Of a stretch of DNA of 64,000 nt, positions 19,301 through 29,042 are shown piece by piece. The number at the start of each line of letters is the position of its first letter. Positions within the stretch are counted from its first letter, which is position 1. Origin of the DNA: a virus; the IMG/VR virus record IMGVR_UViG_3300042446_001440, positions 16,170-80,169 of that record, one strand, 5' to 3'. Under the pieces are notes generated by a model. The model had not been told where the DNA came from. It ran no database searches and saw only the letters and a program-made list of their open reading frames with translations. A program made the translations under genes and the position numbers.

Positions 19301-19468
19301 ATGACAATCGATAAAGACGAACTATTTAAACTCTATATGGAGTGGGTCAATGAAGTAACTGAAGAATGTGATTGGAAAACTTCATTCGGCCCAGAAGAGA
19401 TCGTACATTCAATAGCAACAATATTAGAACAAAACCCCCAACTAATAAATAATGAAGTTACTAACTAA
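19301..19468 (+). CDS. Small hypothetical protein (55 aa)
   Basis: MTIDKDELFKLYMEWVNEVTEECDWKTSFGPEEIV...; starts right after repeat copy 3. Confidence 0.5.
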   Translation: MTIDKDELFKLYMEWVNEVTEECDWKTSFGPEEIVHSIATILEQNPQLINNEVTN

Positions 19469-20084
19469 ATCAAACGGTAATCTATCCCGTACACCAGAAG
19501 AAATAGAACAAATGATCGAAAATGCTACAACAGCATACGCTAACTTCCTTACAGCAGTTGGATTTGACTATACAGCAGATAGACAAACCGAAGATACACC
19601 TCGTCGTGTAGCTAAAGCATGGCTTAAGGACCTAATTGTAGGTTCAGTAACAAACGAACCAAACATCACTACATTTCCTAACGATGAAGGATATGATGGA
19701 TTAGTAATTCAATCAGGTATCCCTATCACTAGTATGTGTGCACATCATAACCTAGCATTTACTGGATTCGCTACAGTAGCATACGTTCCAGGTGAAATGG
19801 TAATCGGATTATCAAAACTAAATCGTATCGTTGAATGGTTTGCTCGTAGACCACAAATGCAAGAATCATTAACACAACAAATTCATGATTATATTGCTGA
19901 TAAGATGGATTGTAAATCAGTAGCAGTAAGTATCGCTTGTAAACATACATGCTGTTCACATAGAGGTATTAAACACGCCTCAGTAATGTCAACCAATAAA
20001 TTCAGTGGAGTATTCATGGAACGAGACAATTTAATCCGTGAAGAATTACTATCAGCAATCGAAATGAACGGAACTAAATTCTAA
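19452..20084 (+). CDS. folE: GTP cyclohydrolase I
   Basis: DTPRRVAK, SMCAHH, GLSKLNR, RRPQMQE and HTCCSHRG. Confidence 0.95.
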   Translation: MKLLTKSNGNLSRTPEEIEQMIENATTAYANFLTAVGFDYTADRQTEDTPRRVAKAWLKDLIVGSVTNEPNITTFPNDEGYDGLVIQSGIPITSMCAHHNLAFTGFATVAYVPGEMVIGLSKLNRIVEWFARRPQMQESLTQQIHDYIADKMDCKSVAVSIACKHTCCSHRGIKHASVMSTNKFSGVFMERDNLIREELLSAIEMNGTKF

Positions 20085-20086
20085 TT

Positions 20087-20506
20087 ATGAAGAAAAAATA
20101 TTACAGCTGGGAAGAAATAGACGAGCATATGGAAATGTTATCTTTGGATATTATGAAAAGTGGAGTTAACTTCAATAAAATATATGGTATACAAAGAGGC
20201 GGTTTAATTCCTGCAGTAATGTTATCTCATATACTAAATACTCCTATATCGGATATAATAGATTCCTATACACTAGTAGTAGATGATATTTGCGATACTG
20301 GAGAAACACTAAAATTCTATTCAGAACAAAAGTGTCCAACAGCTACTATCCATTATAAACGCTCAGCAATTATTGAACCTACGTTTTGGAGAGAAATAGC
20401 TGAAGAAGATATATGGTACTGTTACCCTTGGGAAAGAAAAGATTCAAAAACAATTGCTGACTATAAAATATACAATGACACAAGAAGAAAAAGATTTAAT
20501 ACTTGA
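20087..20506 (+). CDS. Type I phosphoribosyltransferase (purine PRT-like)
   Basis: RGGLIPA and PRPP-binding LVVDDICDTGETL; C-terminal YPWE. Confidence 0.85.
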   Translation: MKKKYYSWEEIDEHMEMLSLDIMKSGVNFNKIYGIQRGGLIPAVMLSHILNTPISDIIDSYTLVVDDICDTGETLKFYSEQKCPTATIHYKRSAIIEPTFWREIAEEDIWYCYPWERKDSKTIADYKIYNDTRRKRFNT

Positions 20507-20611
20507 TATTGATTTTGAATGTGCTAAACTTGAAGATATATTACACGGAGAGGAAGGTAAAGCAATAACATACATAAGAATATTAATATTAAACCTCTTA
20601 AAAAAATAAAT

Positions 20612-20773
20612 ATGCAACCTAAAGAATCAAAATCAAATAAACATTTCCAAATCAGCCTAGTTAAATCAACTATACGGATATTAGCAGGAATAGCTCTAGT
20701 ATTAGGTAATATTCCACTAGCTGGAGTAGCTTTAATAATAGCAGAAATATTAGGGATCGCTGAAGAACTATAA
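20612..20773 (+). CDS. Small membrane protein (53 aa)
   Basis: MQPKESKSNKHFQISLVKSTIRILAGIALV...AEILGIAEEL*. Confidence 0.5.
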   Translation: MQPKESKSNKHFQISLVKSTIRILAGIALVLGNIPLAGVALIIAEILGIAEEL

Positions 20774-20782
20774 AAATAAAAT

Positions 20783-21310
20783 ATGTTAAACGCAAAACAA
20801 ATATTAGAAGAAGGATTATTACAATTAGAAACAGCACAAGGTAAGCCAGCACAAGTTGGATACGACCTTACACTTAAAGCAGTACAAAAAGTAGGTAATA
20901 GCATTGGTGGAAACTTTGAATTTATAGGTAAAATTGGTAAAATCTTAAAAGATAAAACCGAACTTACAACCTACACTCCTAAAGATATTATTAATTTAGA
21001 TGGAGTTAGAGGATGGCTATTACACGAGGGTGTATATGATATCACATTTAATGAAGGATGTAAAATACCAGAAAATCGAGTAGCATTTATTAAACAACGC
21101 TCATCTCTCTACCGCAATGGTGCTATAATCAATAGCCCTGTATTTGATCCCGGCTTTGAAACAGCAAATATGGGTACTATATTATACGTACATGAAACAA
21201 TATTCATTGAAGAAAATGCACGTGTAGCACAGATATACTTCCACGAATGCAATGGCGCTGATCTATACAACGGACAGTGGCAAAACGATAAGCAACGTAG
21301 CTCACTATAA
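20783..21310 (+). CDS. dcd: dCTP deaminase / trimeric dUTPase family protein
   Basis: GYDLTL, RSSLYRNG, FDPGF, RVAQIYF and YNGQWQ. Confidence 0.8.
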   Translation: MLNAKQILEEGLLQLETAQGKPAQVGYDLTLKAVQKVGNSIGGNFEFIGKIGKILKDKTELTTYTPKDIINLDGVRGWLLHEGVYDITFNEGCKIPENRVAFIKQRSSLYRNGAIINSPVFDPGFETANMGTILYVHETIFIEENARVAQIYFHECNGADLYNGQWQNDKQRSSL

Positions 21311-21316
21311 TATTAA

Positions 21317-21346
21317 TAGCTCCTCATATCGAGGGGCTATCTTTCT
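21317..21346 (+). terminator. Probable terminator hairpin
   Basis: TAGCTCCTC-ATATC-GAGGGGCTA followed by TCTTTCT. Confidence 0.65.
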
Positions 21347-21372
21347 CTTATATTTATATGTAAATAACATAG

Positions 21373-22704
21373 ATGGCAATTGTATATCGCGTAACGAATG
21401 CTCCTAATACAGGAAGTTCATTCATTAAAAACACTACATTAACATACGCTGAAGGTGATGGTAACTTCGCTGTATTGGAAAATTTATCTTCCTCTTACGT
21501 CGCTTTTATCCGCTCGTATAATACGGGTTCATTTACTGGATCCTTTACAGGTTCACTTCTTGGAACGGCGTCATATGCTAACCACAGTAATAGCGCATCA
21601 TATGCCGCTACATCGTCTTATGCAAAATATGCTGAAACATCATCATATGCCACCTCATTCACTGTAGCTAATACATTAACTGCCCAAACAATAATAGTTC
21701 AAACTATTACTTCAAGTGTTGAATTCGTAACTGGATCTACAAGATTTGGAAGTCTTATAGGTAATACTCATATATTTACAGGAAGTGTAAGTGTTAGTGG
21801 TAGCATAACAGGAACTAACGGAGTGGTTAATAATTTAACTGCATCTTGGGCTATATCTAGTTCGTATGCAAGTAATAGCGTTAGCGGTTCATATGCCATT
21901 TCCGCATCTTATTCAAATAATAGTACAAGTGCCTCTTATTCAAATAATAGTACATCAGCATCTTATGCTTTAACTGCTTCATATTCAAACAACAGTACAA
22001 GTGCCTCTTATGCATTAACCTCTTCATATTCTAAATATGCTGAGACATCATCATATGCTACTAGTTTTAGCGTAGCTAATAACTTAGTAGTAGGGGGTAC
22101 AATAACAAGTGGTGGAACGGCAGTGGTATTAGGAAGTGGAACTACAAACACCGTACCAAAGTTTACAGCAGCAAGTACAATAGGGGATAGTAATATAAAA
22201 GATAATGGAACTGTAGTAAGTATTAACGCCACAGCAGGTAGTTTTGGAGCACTTCAAGTTGGTAGCTACAATGGTAATATCTTAATGAATACTAATAATA
22301 CATCTGCTGGTTTAATATTTCAAAATACTGATTCTTCTAATAAATTATGGGATTTTTCTTCTTATAACAATAACCTATCTTTTAATGAATCAAATATTGG
22401 TGTTGTAATGTTACTTCAAGCAGGAGGAAATGTAGGTATAAGACAACCAAACCCAACAGCTGCACTTCATGTATCAGGAACAGTAAGATTTCCAGATTTA
22501 ACATCAACATCAGGATTATCAAATATAGTAATGACTGATCTTTCAACAGGACAACTTCACTACACAGCATCATCTATGTTTGTAACAAATATAAATGATA
22601 CCTATGCAGCAACACCAGCAATAACAAACATAATCACTTTATCAGCAGCTGAATACAGTAGTATAGGAGCTCCTTCATCAAACACACTTTACGTGATAAT
22701 ATAA
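21373..22704 (+). CDS. Tail-fibre / virion surface protein with Ser-Ala-Ser-Tyr repeats
   Basis: GSFTGSF and repeated SNNSTSASY(A); GNVGI..PTAALHVSG fibre motif; C-terminal LSAAEY..NTLYVI. Confidence 0.7.
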   Translation: MAIVYRVTNAPNTGSSFIKNTTLTYAEGDGNFAVLENLSSSYVAFIRSYNTGSFTGSFTGSLLGTASYANHSNSASYAATSSYAKYAETSSYATSFTVANTLTAQTIIVQTITSSVEFVTGSTRFGSLIGNTHIFTGSVSVSGSITGTNGVVNNLTASWAISSSYASNSVSGSYAISASYSNNSTSASYSNNSTSASYALTASYSNNSTSASYALTSSYSKYAETSSYATSFSVANNLVVGGTITSGGTAVVLGSGTTNTVPKFTAASTIGDSNIKDNGTVVSINATAGSFGALQVGSYNGNILMNTNNTSAGLIFQNTDSSNKLWDFSSYNNNLSFNESNIGVVMLLQAGGNVGIRQPNPTAALHVSGTVRFPDLTSTSGLSNIVMTDLSTGQLHYTASSMFVTNINDTYAATPAITNIITLSAAEYSSIGAPSSNTLYVII

Positions 22705-22708
22705 ATGT

Positions 22709-23401
22709 ATGGGTAGTTTAAAAGTAGGTACAACATTAAGGGATACAATAGGTCAATTAAAATTAGGAAGTAGCAATGTAACAGCTATGTATAACGGTAG
22801 CGTACAAGTATTTCCATCAGCGACTACAACAACAACTAGCACAACTACTACAACAACAACGGCAGCACCAACTACAACGACAACAACAACTACTACAACT
22901 GCAGCACCAACAACTACAACAACAACAACTACAACGGCTGCACCAACAACAACTACAACAACAACTGCGGCACCAACTACAACTACAACAACAACGGCTG
23001 CACCAACAACAACTAGTACAACTACAAGTACAACAACTGTTCCTCCATCAACTGTAGACGTTACTCTACAATATGATGGTTTAGCATGGGAAATTTACGC
23101 CTCAATACCATTCTCATCCCCATCAACACTTGATGATTTAAATTTCTATGGAACAGCAACTGGTTATTCTTCAGCAGGATGTATTAATGTCACAAGCACG
23201 CAAGGCTTCTCAATTACTTTATTAGCAGGTAATACTTCGACACATACTGAACTTGGAACAAACCCACCATTAGATTGGGAAAGTATGAAAGTTACAACAT
23301 TGTATGTAGAGGGTGAATTAATAACTACTACTCCACAAAGTATAGTAGTAAACGGCCATACTTATATAATAACAGGATACGGAAATTGCTTTAACGCATA
23401 A
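22709..23401 (+). CDS. Thr-rich mucin-like virion protein, likely partner of the upstream fibre
   Basis: N-terminal LKLGSSNVTAMYNGSVQVFP; five (T)nAAP repeats. Confidence 0.65.
   Translation: MGSLKVGTTLRDTIGQLKLGSSNVTAMYNGSVQVFPSATTTTTSTTTTTTTAAPTTTTTTTTTTAAPTTTTTTTTTAAPTTTTTTTAAPTTTTTTTAAPTTTSTTTSTTTVPPSTVDVTLQYDGLAWEIYASIPFSSPSTLDDLNFYGTATGYSSAGCINVTSTQGFSITLLAGNTSTHTELGTNPPLDWESMKVTTLYVEGELITTTPQSIVVNGHTYIITGYGNCFNA
22820..23040 (+). repeat. ACA/ACT-rich coding tandem repeat (TTTTTTAAP)n
   Basis: Visible tandem units ending in GCAGCACCA/GCTGCACCA. Confidence 0.85.
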
Positions 23402-23453
23402 CATATAAAAATTTAAGTTGGGAACTGCAAAGTTCCCTTCTTATATTTAACGT

Positions 23454-26042
23454 ATGTATCAATCAATATATTACGATCGCCCAACATACACTTATTATCT
23501 AAGAGATGATGAGAAAGGCTGGCTCGATTTTAAATACACTCCCGAGCTATATAAGATAACTCCAAATGGACCTTTAGAAACACTAGATGGTAAACGTGCT
23601 ACACCTGTAGAAAAATACGAATGGAGAGACATTTCATTATATGAACAAGACGTTGATAAATGTACTCGCGTACTAATTGACCTATATAAAGACAGTGATG
23701 ATGCTCCTAAATTTCAAAACATAGTATACTTTGATATTGAGTGTGAGATTGGAGGGACATTAACATCAGAATACATTAAAACAGCACCTATGAAGATGAC
23801 TTCAGTTGCTATATATGATTCTACTACTAAAAAACACTACTGCCTAATACTAGATGAAAAACAACAACTTACATCTATAGAAGAAGAAAATAGACAAATA
23901 AAACCTTACCGTACCGAAGCAGATATGCTCTCAGCATTTCTAGACTTATGGAAATATCTAGACCCAACCATCATTACAGGATGGAATAGTGGATTCTTCG
24001 ATGTACCCTATCTGTATTATAGACTATGCAATGTGCTAGGTAAAGATCAAGCTGCTCGCTTATCTCCAATTCGCAAATTTAACTTCACTGAATGGGATAC
24101 ATCTCAACCTATTGAAATAGGAGGTATTAACCATCTAGATTACATGTTATTATTTAAAAAGTACATTGTAAAGCAAGAACCATCATATAAATTAAATGAT
24201 GTAGGAGAAAAATACGTTAAATTAGGTAAAGTAGAATACGAAGGATCATTAGATAAGTTATTCGTAGATGATATAAATAAATTTATAGAATACAATATTC
24301 GTGACGTTGAAATTATCATTGAATTAGAGAAGAAATTAAAGTTCATGGATTTAACAGTAGCAATCTGTCATCTATGTCACGTACCCTACGAAAATATCTA
24401 CCTATCAACAGTATTGAATGATGGAGCTATATTGACTTATCTTAAACGTCAAGGTATAGTATCACCAAATAAACCAACTACAATCAATCCAATACTGAAA
24501 GAGAGCAACAATGATGAATATGCAGGTGGATACTTAAAAGACCCAGTACCCGGATTATACGAGTGGGTTATTGATTTGGACTTTACCTCCCTATACCCCT
24601 GCATCATCCGCTCACTCAATATCGGAATTGAAACATTAATAGGTAGAATCGTAAATAATGGTAAATATGATAATCATTGGACGTATGCTGAACTAAAGGA
24701 AATGGATCCTACTGACTTAGTAGTGATTGAACGATTAAATGAAGACTTTACCTTATCTCGCTCACAAGTAGCAGTAAGTAAGATATTGAACATGATAGAA
24801 GCAAACGCTTGGATTACAGCAGCATCAGGAGCAATATTTCAAACTACTAAATCATCAGTAGTATGTGAAGTATTAACTGATTGGTTCAATAAGCGTGTTG
24901 AATATAAAAACATGATGAAAGCAGCATATAAAGCTGGAGATACAGTTAAATATGAATTCTACCATCGATTACAACACGCTTATAAGATTAAATTAAATGA
25001 CGTTTATGGATGCTATGCTATCAACAGCTGGAGATACACAGACGGACATAAAATAATATCCTCAGCAATTACATTAACAGGACAAAGACTAATCCAAGAA
25101 TCAATCATATTCGTAAATAAGTGGTTAAATACACAATTACAAACTGAAGGTAAAGATTACGTAGTAACATCCGATACCGATTCACTATTCGTTCAAGTTA
25201 AAGACTTAGCATTACGTCGTAATCCTGATCTAGCTACTGCTAGTAAAGAAGAATGGGTAACTAATATCTTAGAAATCACAACTGAAATACAAAAAGCAGC
25301 AAATGATTATATTTCTACCTTCGTTAGGAAAACATTTAACATACTAGATAATAGAGAGCATTACTTAGAATTAAAACAAGAAGTAGTCATTGAACGAGGA
25401 TACTTTGCAGGTAAACGTCGTTATGCGATGGCAATTGTAAATAAAGAAGGCCTACCTGTAGATGAAATGGTGATGATGGGATTAGATATGATGAAATCAA
25501 ATATGCCTCCACTATACAAGAAATTTGGACACGGACTATTAACAGAAATAATGGCTGGTAAACCCAAATCCGAAATTGATAAATGTATAGTAGATTTCAA
25601 AACATCACTAGATCAACTACCCTGGAGCGAGTTAGCAAGACCAACAGGCGTTAAACAAATAAACTCATACATCGCTAAACGTCCATCACCAGGCGAAATA
25701 TTCAGTGAATTTAAATTAAAAGCACCTATTAACACAAAGGCAGCAGTATATTATAATGATTTGCTAAAATTCAAGAAAGCGGATAAAACATTCACAAGAT
25801 TTACAGAAGGCGATAAGATGAAATATGTATCATTGAAGCCCAATCCCTTTAACATTAACGTAATAGGTTTTACTGGATATAATGATCCTGAATTTATCAC
25901 ATCCTTCATAGATAAGTATGTAGATAGAGAGGATGCATTTAACTCAGTACTATTAAATAAGTTAACTGGCATATACAGTGATCTAGGTTGGGACTTCCCC
26001 GTATTAAACGCTAAAGTCTTAAAATTCTTTAAATTCAATTAA
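23454..26042 (+). CDS. polB: Family B DNA polymerase (T4 gp43-like)
   Basis: Exonuclease motifs FDIE, GWNS.FFDVPY and YNIRDV; polymerase motifs DLDFTSLYP, KIKLNDVYG, SDTDS and KRRYA. Confidence 0.95.
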   Translation: MYQSIYYDRPTYTYYLRDDEKGWLDFKYTPELYKITPNGPLETLDGKRATPVEKYEWRDISLYEQDVDKCTRVLIDLYKDSDDAPKFQNIVYFDIECEIGGTLTSEYIKTAPMKMTSVAIYDSTTKKHYCLILDEKQQLTSIEEENRQIKPYRTEADMLSAFLDLWKYLDPTIITGWNSGFFDVPYLYYRLCNVLGKDQAARLSPIRKFNFTEWDTSQPIEIGGINHLDYMLLFKKYIVKQEPSYKLNDVGEKYVKLGKVEYEGSLDKLFVDDINKFIEYNIRDVEIIIELEKKLKFMDLTVAICHLCHVPYENIYLSTVLNDGAILTYLKRQGIVSPNKPTTINPILKESNNDEYAGGYLKDPVPGLYEWVIDLDFTSLYPCIIRSLNIGIETLIGRIVNNGKYDNHWTYAELKEMDPTDLVVIERLNEDFTLSRSQVAVSKILNMIEANAWITAASGAIFQTTKSSVVCEVLTDWFNKRVEYKNMMKAAYKAGDTVKYEFYHRLQHAYKIKLNDVYGCYAINSWRYTDGHKIISSAITLTGQRLIQESIIFVNKWLNTQLQTEGKDYVVTSDTDSLFVQVKDLALRRNPDLATASKEEWVTNILEITTEIQKAANDYISTFVRKTFNILDNREHYLELKQEVVIERGYFAGKRRYAMAIVNKEGLPVDEMVMMGLDMMKSNMPPLYKKFGHGLLTEIMAGKPKSEIDKCIVDFKTSLDQLPWSELARPTGVKQINSYIAKRPSPGEIFSEFKLKAPINTKAAVYYNDLLKFKKADKTFTRFTEGDKMKYVSLKPNPFNINVIGFTGYNDPEFITSFIDKYVDREDAFNSVLLNKLTGIYSDLGWDFPVLNAKVLKFFKFN

Positions 26043-26044
26043 CA

Positions 26045-26275
26045 ATGATCCGTCTAAACGAGAGTACCAAGCAAATAAGAGTAGATACAAGTATTAAAAT
26101 TATAGAGCAAGACGGTACTGAGGTGACGGCATTAGTAACAGTATTGGTAGGGGTAAATAGAGTAAAAGAAGACAAATGGTACAATATATACAAAATTGCA
26201 AATACACTATTCAATAAAGATTTCATATTGGATAGGCGGTTAACGCCTAAGAAATCATGGTGGAAAATTTGGTAA
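26045..26275 (+). CDS. Hypothetical protein
   Basis: 76-aa ORF ending KKSWWKIW. Confidence 0.5.
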   Translation: MIRLNESTKQIRVDTSIKIIEQDGTEVTALVTVLVGVNRVKEDKWYNIYKIANTLFNKDFILDRRLTPKKSWWKIW

Positions 26276-26303
26276 GTCACAATAAAAGTTATATATTTAA
26301 GTT

Positions 26304-27029
26304 ATGAAAAAGTTATATTTAGAAGACGTTATCGAAAAATACTATCTAGGTGGACTAGTAGAACGTGTTAAAATCAATATCAAAGATAAAACACTAACGA
26401 CTAAATTCCTAGCTACTAAGAAAAATCTAGTAGGGACAATTACAGCTCCCAACATCGAATTAGAAGATTGCGAATTTGGTATATACGATACATCGCAACT
26501 ACTAAAATTAATCGGTATTACAGATCATTTCCTAATGCTAAACGTTGAAAAGCATGGTAAAATAGCAAATAAGCTATTAATTGCAGACAACGAATTTAAT
26601 CTAGAATATGCATTAGCCGATGTAATGTTAACTCCATCAGTACCATCTATTGAAGAACCAGAATATGATATGCAAGCAGACGTAGATACTGACTTCGTAT
26701 CTCGTTTCCTAAAAGCAGCTAAAGCATTAAATACAGACGTGTTCATCGTTGAACAATCTACAGACGCAGAAGGCGAAAAAGCAATGAAGTTTACACTAGG
26801 TGGAACCGAAGGCTACACTAATAAAATTAACTTTACATTACCCACACTAGTACATGGTAGAGTAGGTAAAATTACTAAATTTACATTAGAGGAATTCAAT
26901 GAAATACTATTAGCAAATAAAGAATTTAAAGCAGGTAAATTAAGCATTAGTGTAGATGGATTATTAAAACTAGAATTTATCAACGAAGAAGGAGTAATAG
27001 CCTCTTATATTCTCGTCGGTAAGGAATAA
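26304..27029 (+). CDS. Sliding clamp (gp45-like)
   Basis: Size of 241 aa, EFGIYD..QL motif, and position between PolB and the clamp loaders. Confidence 0.7.
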   Translation: MKKLYLEDVIEKYYLGGLVERVKINIKDKTLTTKFLATKKNLVGTITAPNIELEDCEFGIYDTSQLLKLIGITDHFLMLNVEKHGKIANKLLIADNEFNLEYALADVMLTPSVPSIEEPEYDMQADVDTDFVSRFLKAAKALNTDVFIVEQSTDAEGEKAMKFTLGGTEGYTNKINFTLPTLVHGRVGKITKFTLEEFNEILLANKEFKAGKLSISVDGLLKLEFINEEGVIASYILVGKE

Positions 27030-27082
27030 TCTTCATATACGTATATACGCAAACACAAAGTTATAATAAATAAAAGTTACAA

Positions 27083-27373
27083 ATGACAATCAAACCGTTA
27101 CATAACCACGTCGTGGTTAAACAAGTAGATGAAACCGAAACAATGTATGGTAATATCATCGTACCAGATGCAGGTAAAGAAAAACCACTAATGGGTGAAA
27201 TTATCGCTACAGGCCCCGGCATCATCAACATGAATGGAATATTAATTCCAAATACACTATTAGTAGGTCAAAAAGTAGTATTCCCATCATTTGGAGGACA
27301 ACGCGTCTCTATAGGTGGAGAAGATTACCTAATCTACAAAGAACAAGACATATTTGCAATTCTAGAAGACTAA
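27083..27373 (+). CDS. groES: Co-chaperonin GroES
   Basis: IKPLHNHVVV, GNIIVPD..KEKP..GEIIATGPG and EQDIFAIL. Confidence 0.93.
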   Translation: MTIKPLHNHVVVKQVDETETMYGNIIVPDAGKEKPLMGEIIATGPGIINMNGILIPNTLLVGQKVVFPSFGGQRVSIGGEDYLIYKEQDIFAILED

Positions 27374-27384
27374 AACCAATATAA

Positions 27385-29016
27385 ATGAGTAAAATAATCA
27401 GTTTCGACCGCGAAGCAAAACAAAGGCTTCAAGCAGGTATCGACAAAGTAAACAAAGCAGTATCCGTTACAATGGGTCCCTTCGGACGTAACGTATTAAT
27501 TGAAAAAGAACATGGCCAAGTAGCATCCACTAAAGATGGAGTTACCGTTTCAAGAACCATTACATTGGAAGATCCAATTGAAAACATGGCGGCTACAGTA
27601 ATTAAACAAGCAGCAGAGAAAACAGTAAGTGCAGCAGGTGATGGAACAACAACATCAACCGTATTAGCTCATTCAATCGCTTCACAAGCTCTAGATGCTA
27701 CATCATACCCATCAACAAACGCAACTCAAGTAAAGCGTGGTATCGAACAAGCAGTTAAAGTAGTAGTAGCGGAATTAAAGAAAATGTCTCGCCCTATCGA
27801 AAGCGAAGATCAAATTAAACAAATCGCTACATTATCAGCTAATGGTGATGCTGAAATAGGTGAATTAGTAGCTACAGCATTAGATAAAGTAGGAAGAGAC
27901 GGAGTCGTTACAGTAGAGGAATCGCGTACTGGGGAAACTAGTTTAGAAGTAGTAGAAGGTATGCAGTTTGATAGAGGTTACAAGTCACACTACATGGTAA
28001 CAGACAACAACACAATGTCTGCTAACCTAGTAGATGCATTAGTATTACTAGTGGATGGTAGAATTTCAGCAGTGAAAGATCTATTACCGATTTTAGAATC
28101 AGTATCTAATGATAATAAATCATTATTGATTATAGCTGAAGATATTGATGGTGAAGCACTAGCAACATTGATTGTAAATAAGATGAGAGGTATTTTGAAG
28201 GTAGCGGCTGTTAAAGCACCTGACTTTGGAGAACGTCGCTTATTAATCTTAGAAGACATTGCAACCATCACAGGTGGAACAGTAGTATCACCTCAAAAGG
28301 GAATGAAATTAGATAAATTCAATAAAACCTGGTTTGGATCTGCACGTACAATTACTGTAGGTAAGGATACAACTACAATTATTGATGGTAAAGGAGATAC
28401 AACAGCAATCGAAACACGTGTATTAGAATTAAAAGCACAAATCGACAAATCAAGTTCACCATATGAAATTGAGAAACTACAAGAGCGCCTAGCTAAAATG
28501 ATTGGTGGAGTAGCTATTATCAATGTAGGAGGAGGAACGGATATTGAGATGAAGGAAAAGAAAGATCGCCTTGATGATGCTCTACAAGCAACACAAGCAG
28601 CATTAGATGAAGGTATATTACCTGGAGCTGGAGTAGCATTATTGAATGCTAGAAAAGCACTTAAAGCAGATCTAGATGGTAAAAATGATATATCTAAAGG
28701 AGTAGCAATAGTGTTTGCAGCTTGTGGAAAACCATTTAAACAAATTCTAGAAAACGCAGGTGAAGATGCTAGTGAATGGTTAATGTCCTTAAACATACAT
28801 AGCGAAAACCTAGATCTAGTACCTGATATTGCAAAAGGAGCAGCAGTAGATGCCTTCGAAGCAGGAATCATTGATCCTACTAAAGTAGTAAGATCAGCAT
28901 TAGAGAATGCAGCTGCAGCAGCAGTAACATTACTGATGACAGAATGTGTAATCCATGATAAACCTGATACTAAGAAAAAGGTAGAAGACTTTGGGATGGC
29001 AGAGATGGGAATGTAA
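27385..29016 (+). CDS. groEL: Chaperonin GroEL
   Basis: [35 protein letters not shown] and EKLQERLAK. Confidence 0.97.
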   Translation: MSKIISFDREAKQRLQAGIDKVNKAVSVTMGPFGRNVLIEKEHGQVASTKDGVTVSRTITLEDPIENMAATVIKQAAEKTVSAAGDGTTTSTVLAHSIASQALDATSYPSTNATQVKRGIEQAVKVVVAELKKMSRPIESEDQIKQIATLSANGDAEIGELVATALDKVGRDGVVTVEESRTGETSLEVVEGMQFDRGYKSHYMVTDNNTMSANLVDALVLLVDGRISAVKDLLPILESVSNDNKSLLIIAEDIDGEALATLIVNKMRGILKVAAVKAPDFGERRLLILEDIATITGGTVVSPQKGMKLDKFNKTWFGSARTITVGKDTTTIIDGKGDTTAIETRVLELKAQIDKSSSPYEIEKLQERLAKMIGGVAIINVGGGTDIEMKEKKDRLDDALQATQAALDEGILPGAGVALLNARKALKADLDGKNDISKGVAIVFAACGKPFKQILENAGEDASEWLMSLNIHSENLDLVPDIAKGAAVDAFEAGIIDPTKVVRSALENAAAAAVTLLMTECVIHDKPDTKKKVEDFGMAEMGM

Positions 29017-29042
29017 TTTCACAGTACAATAAAAATATAGTT

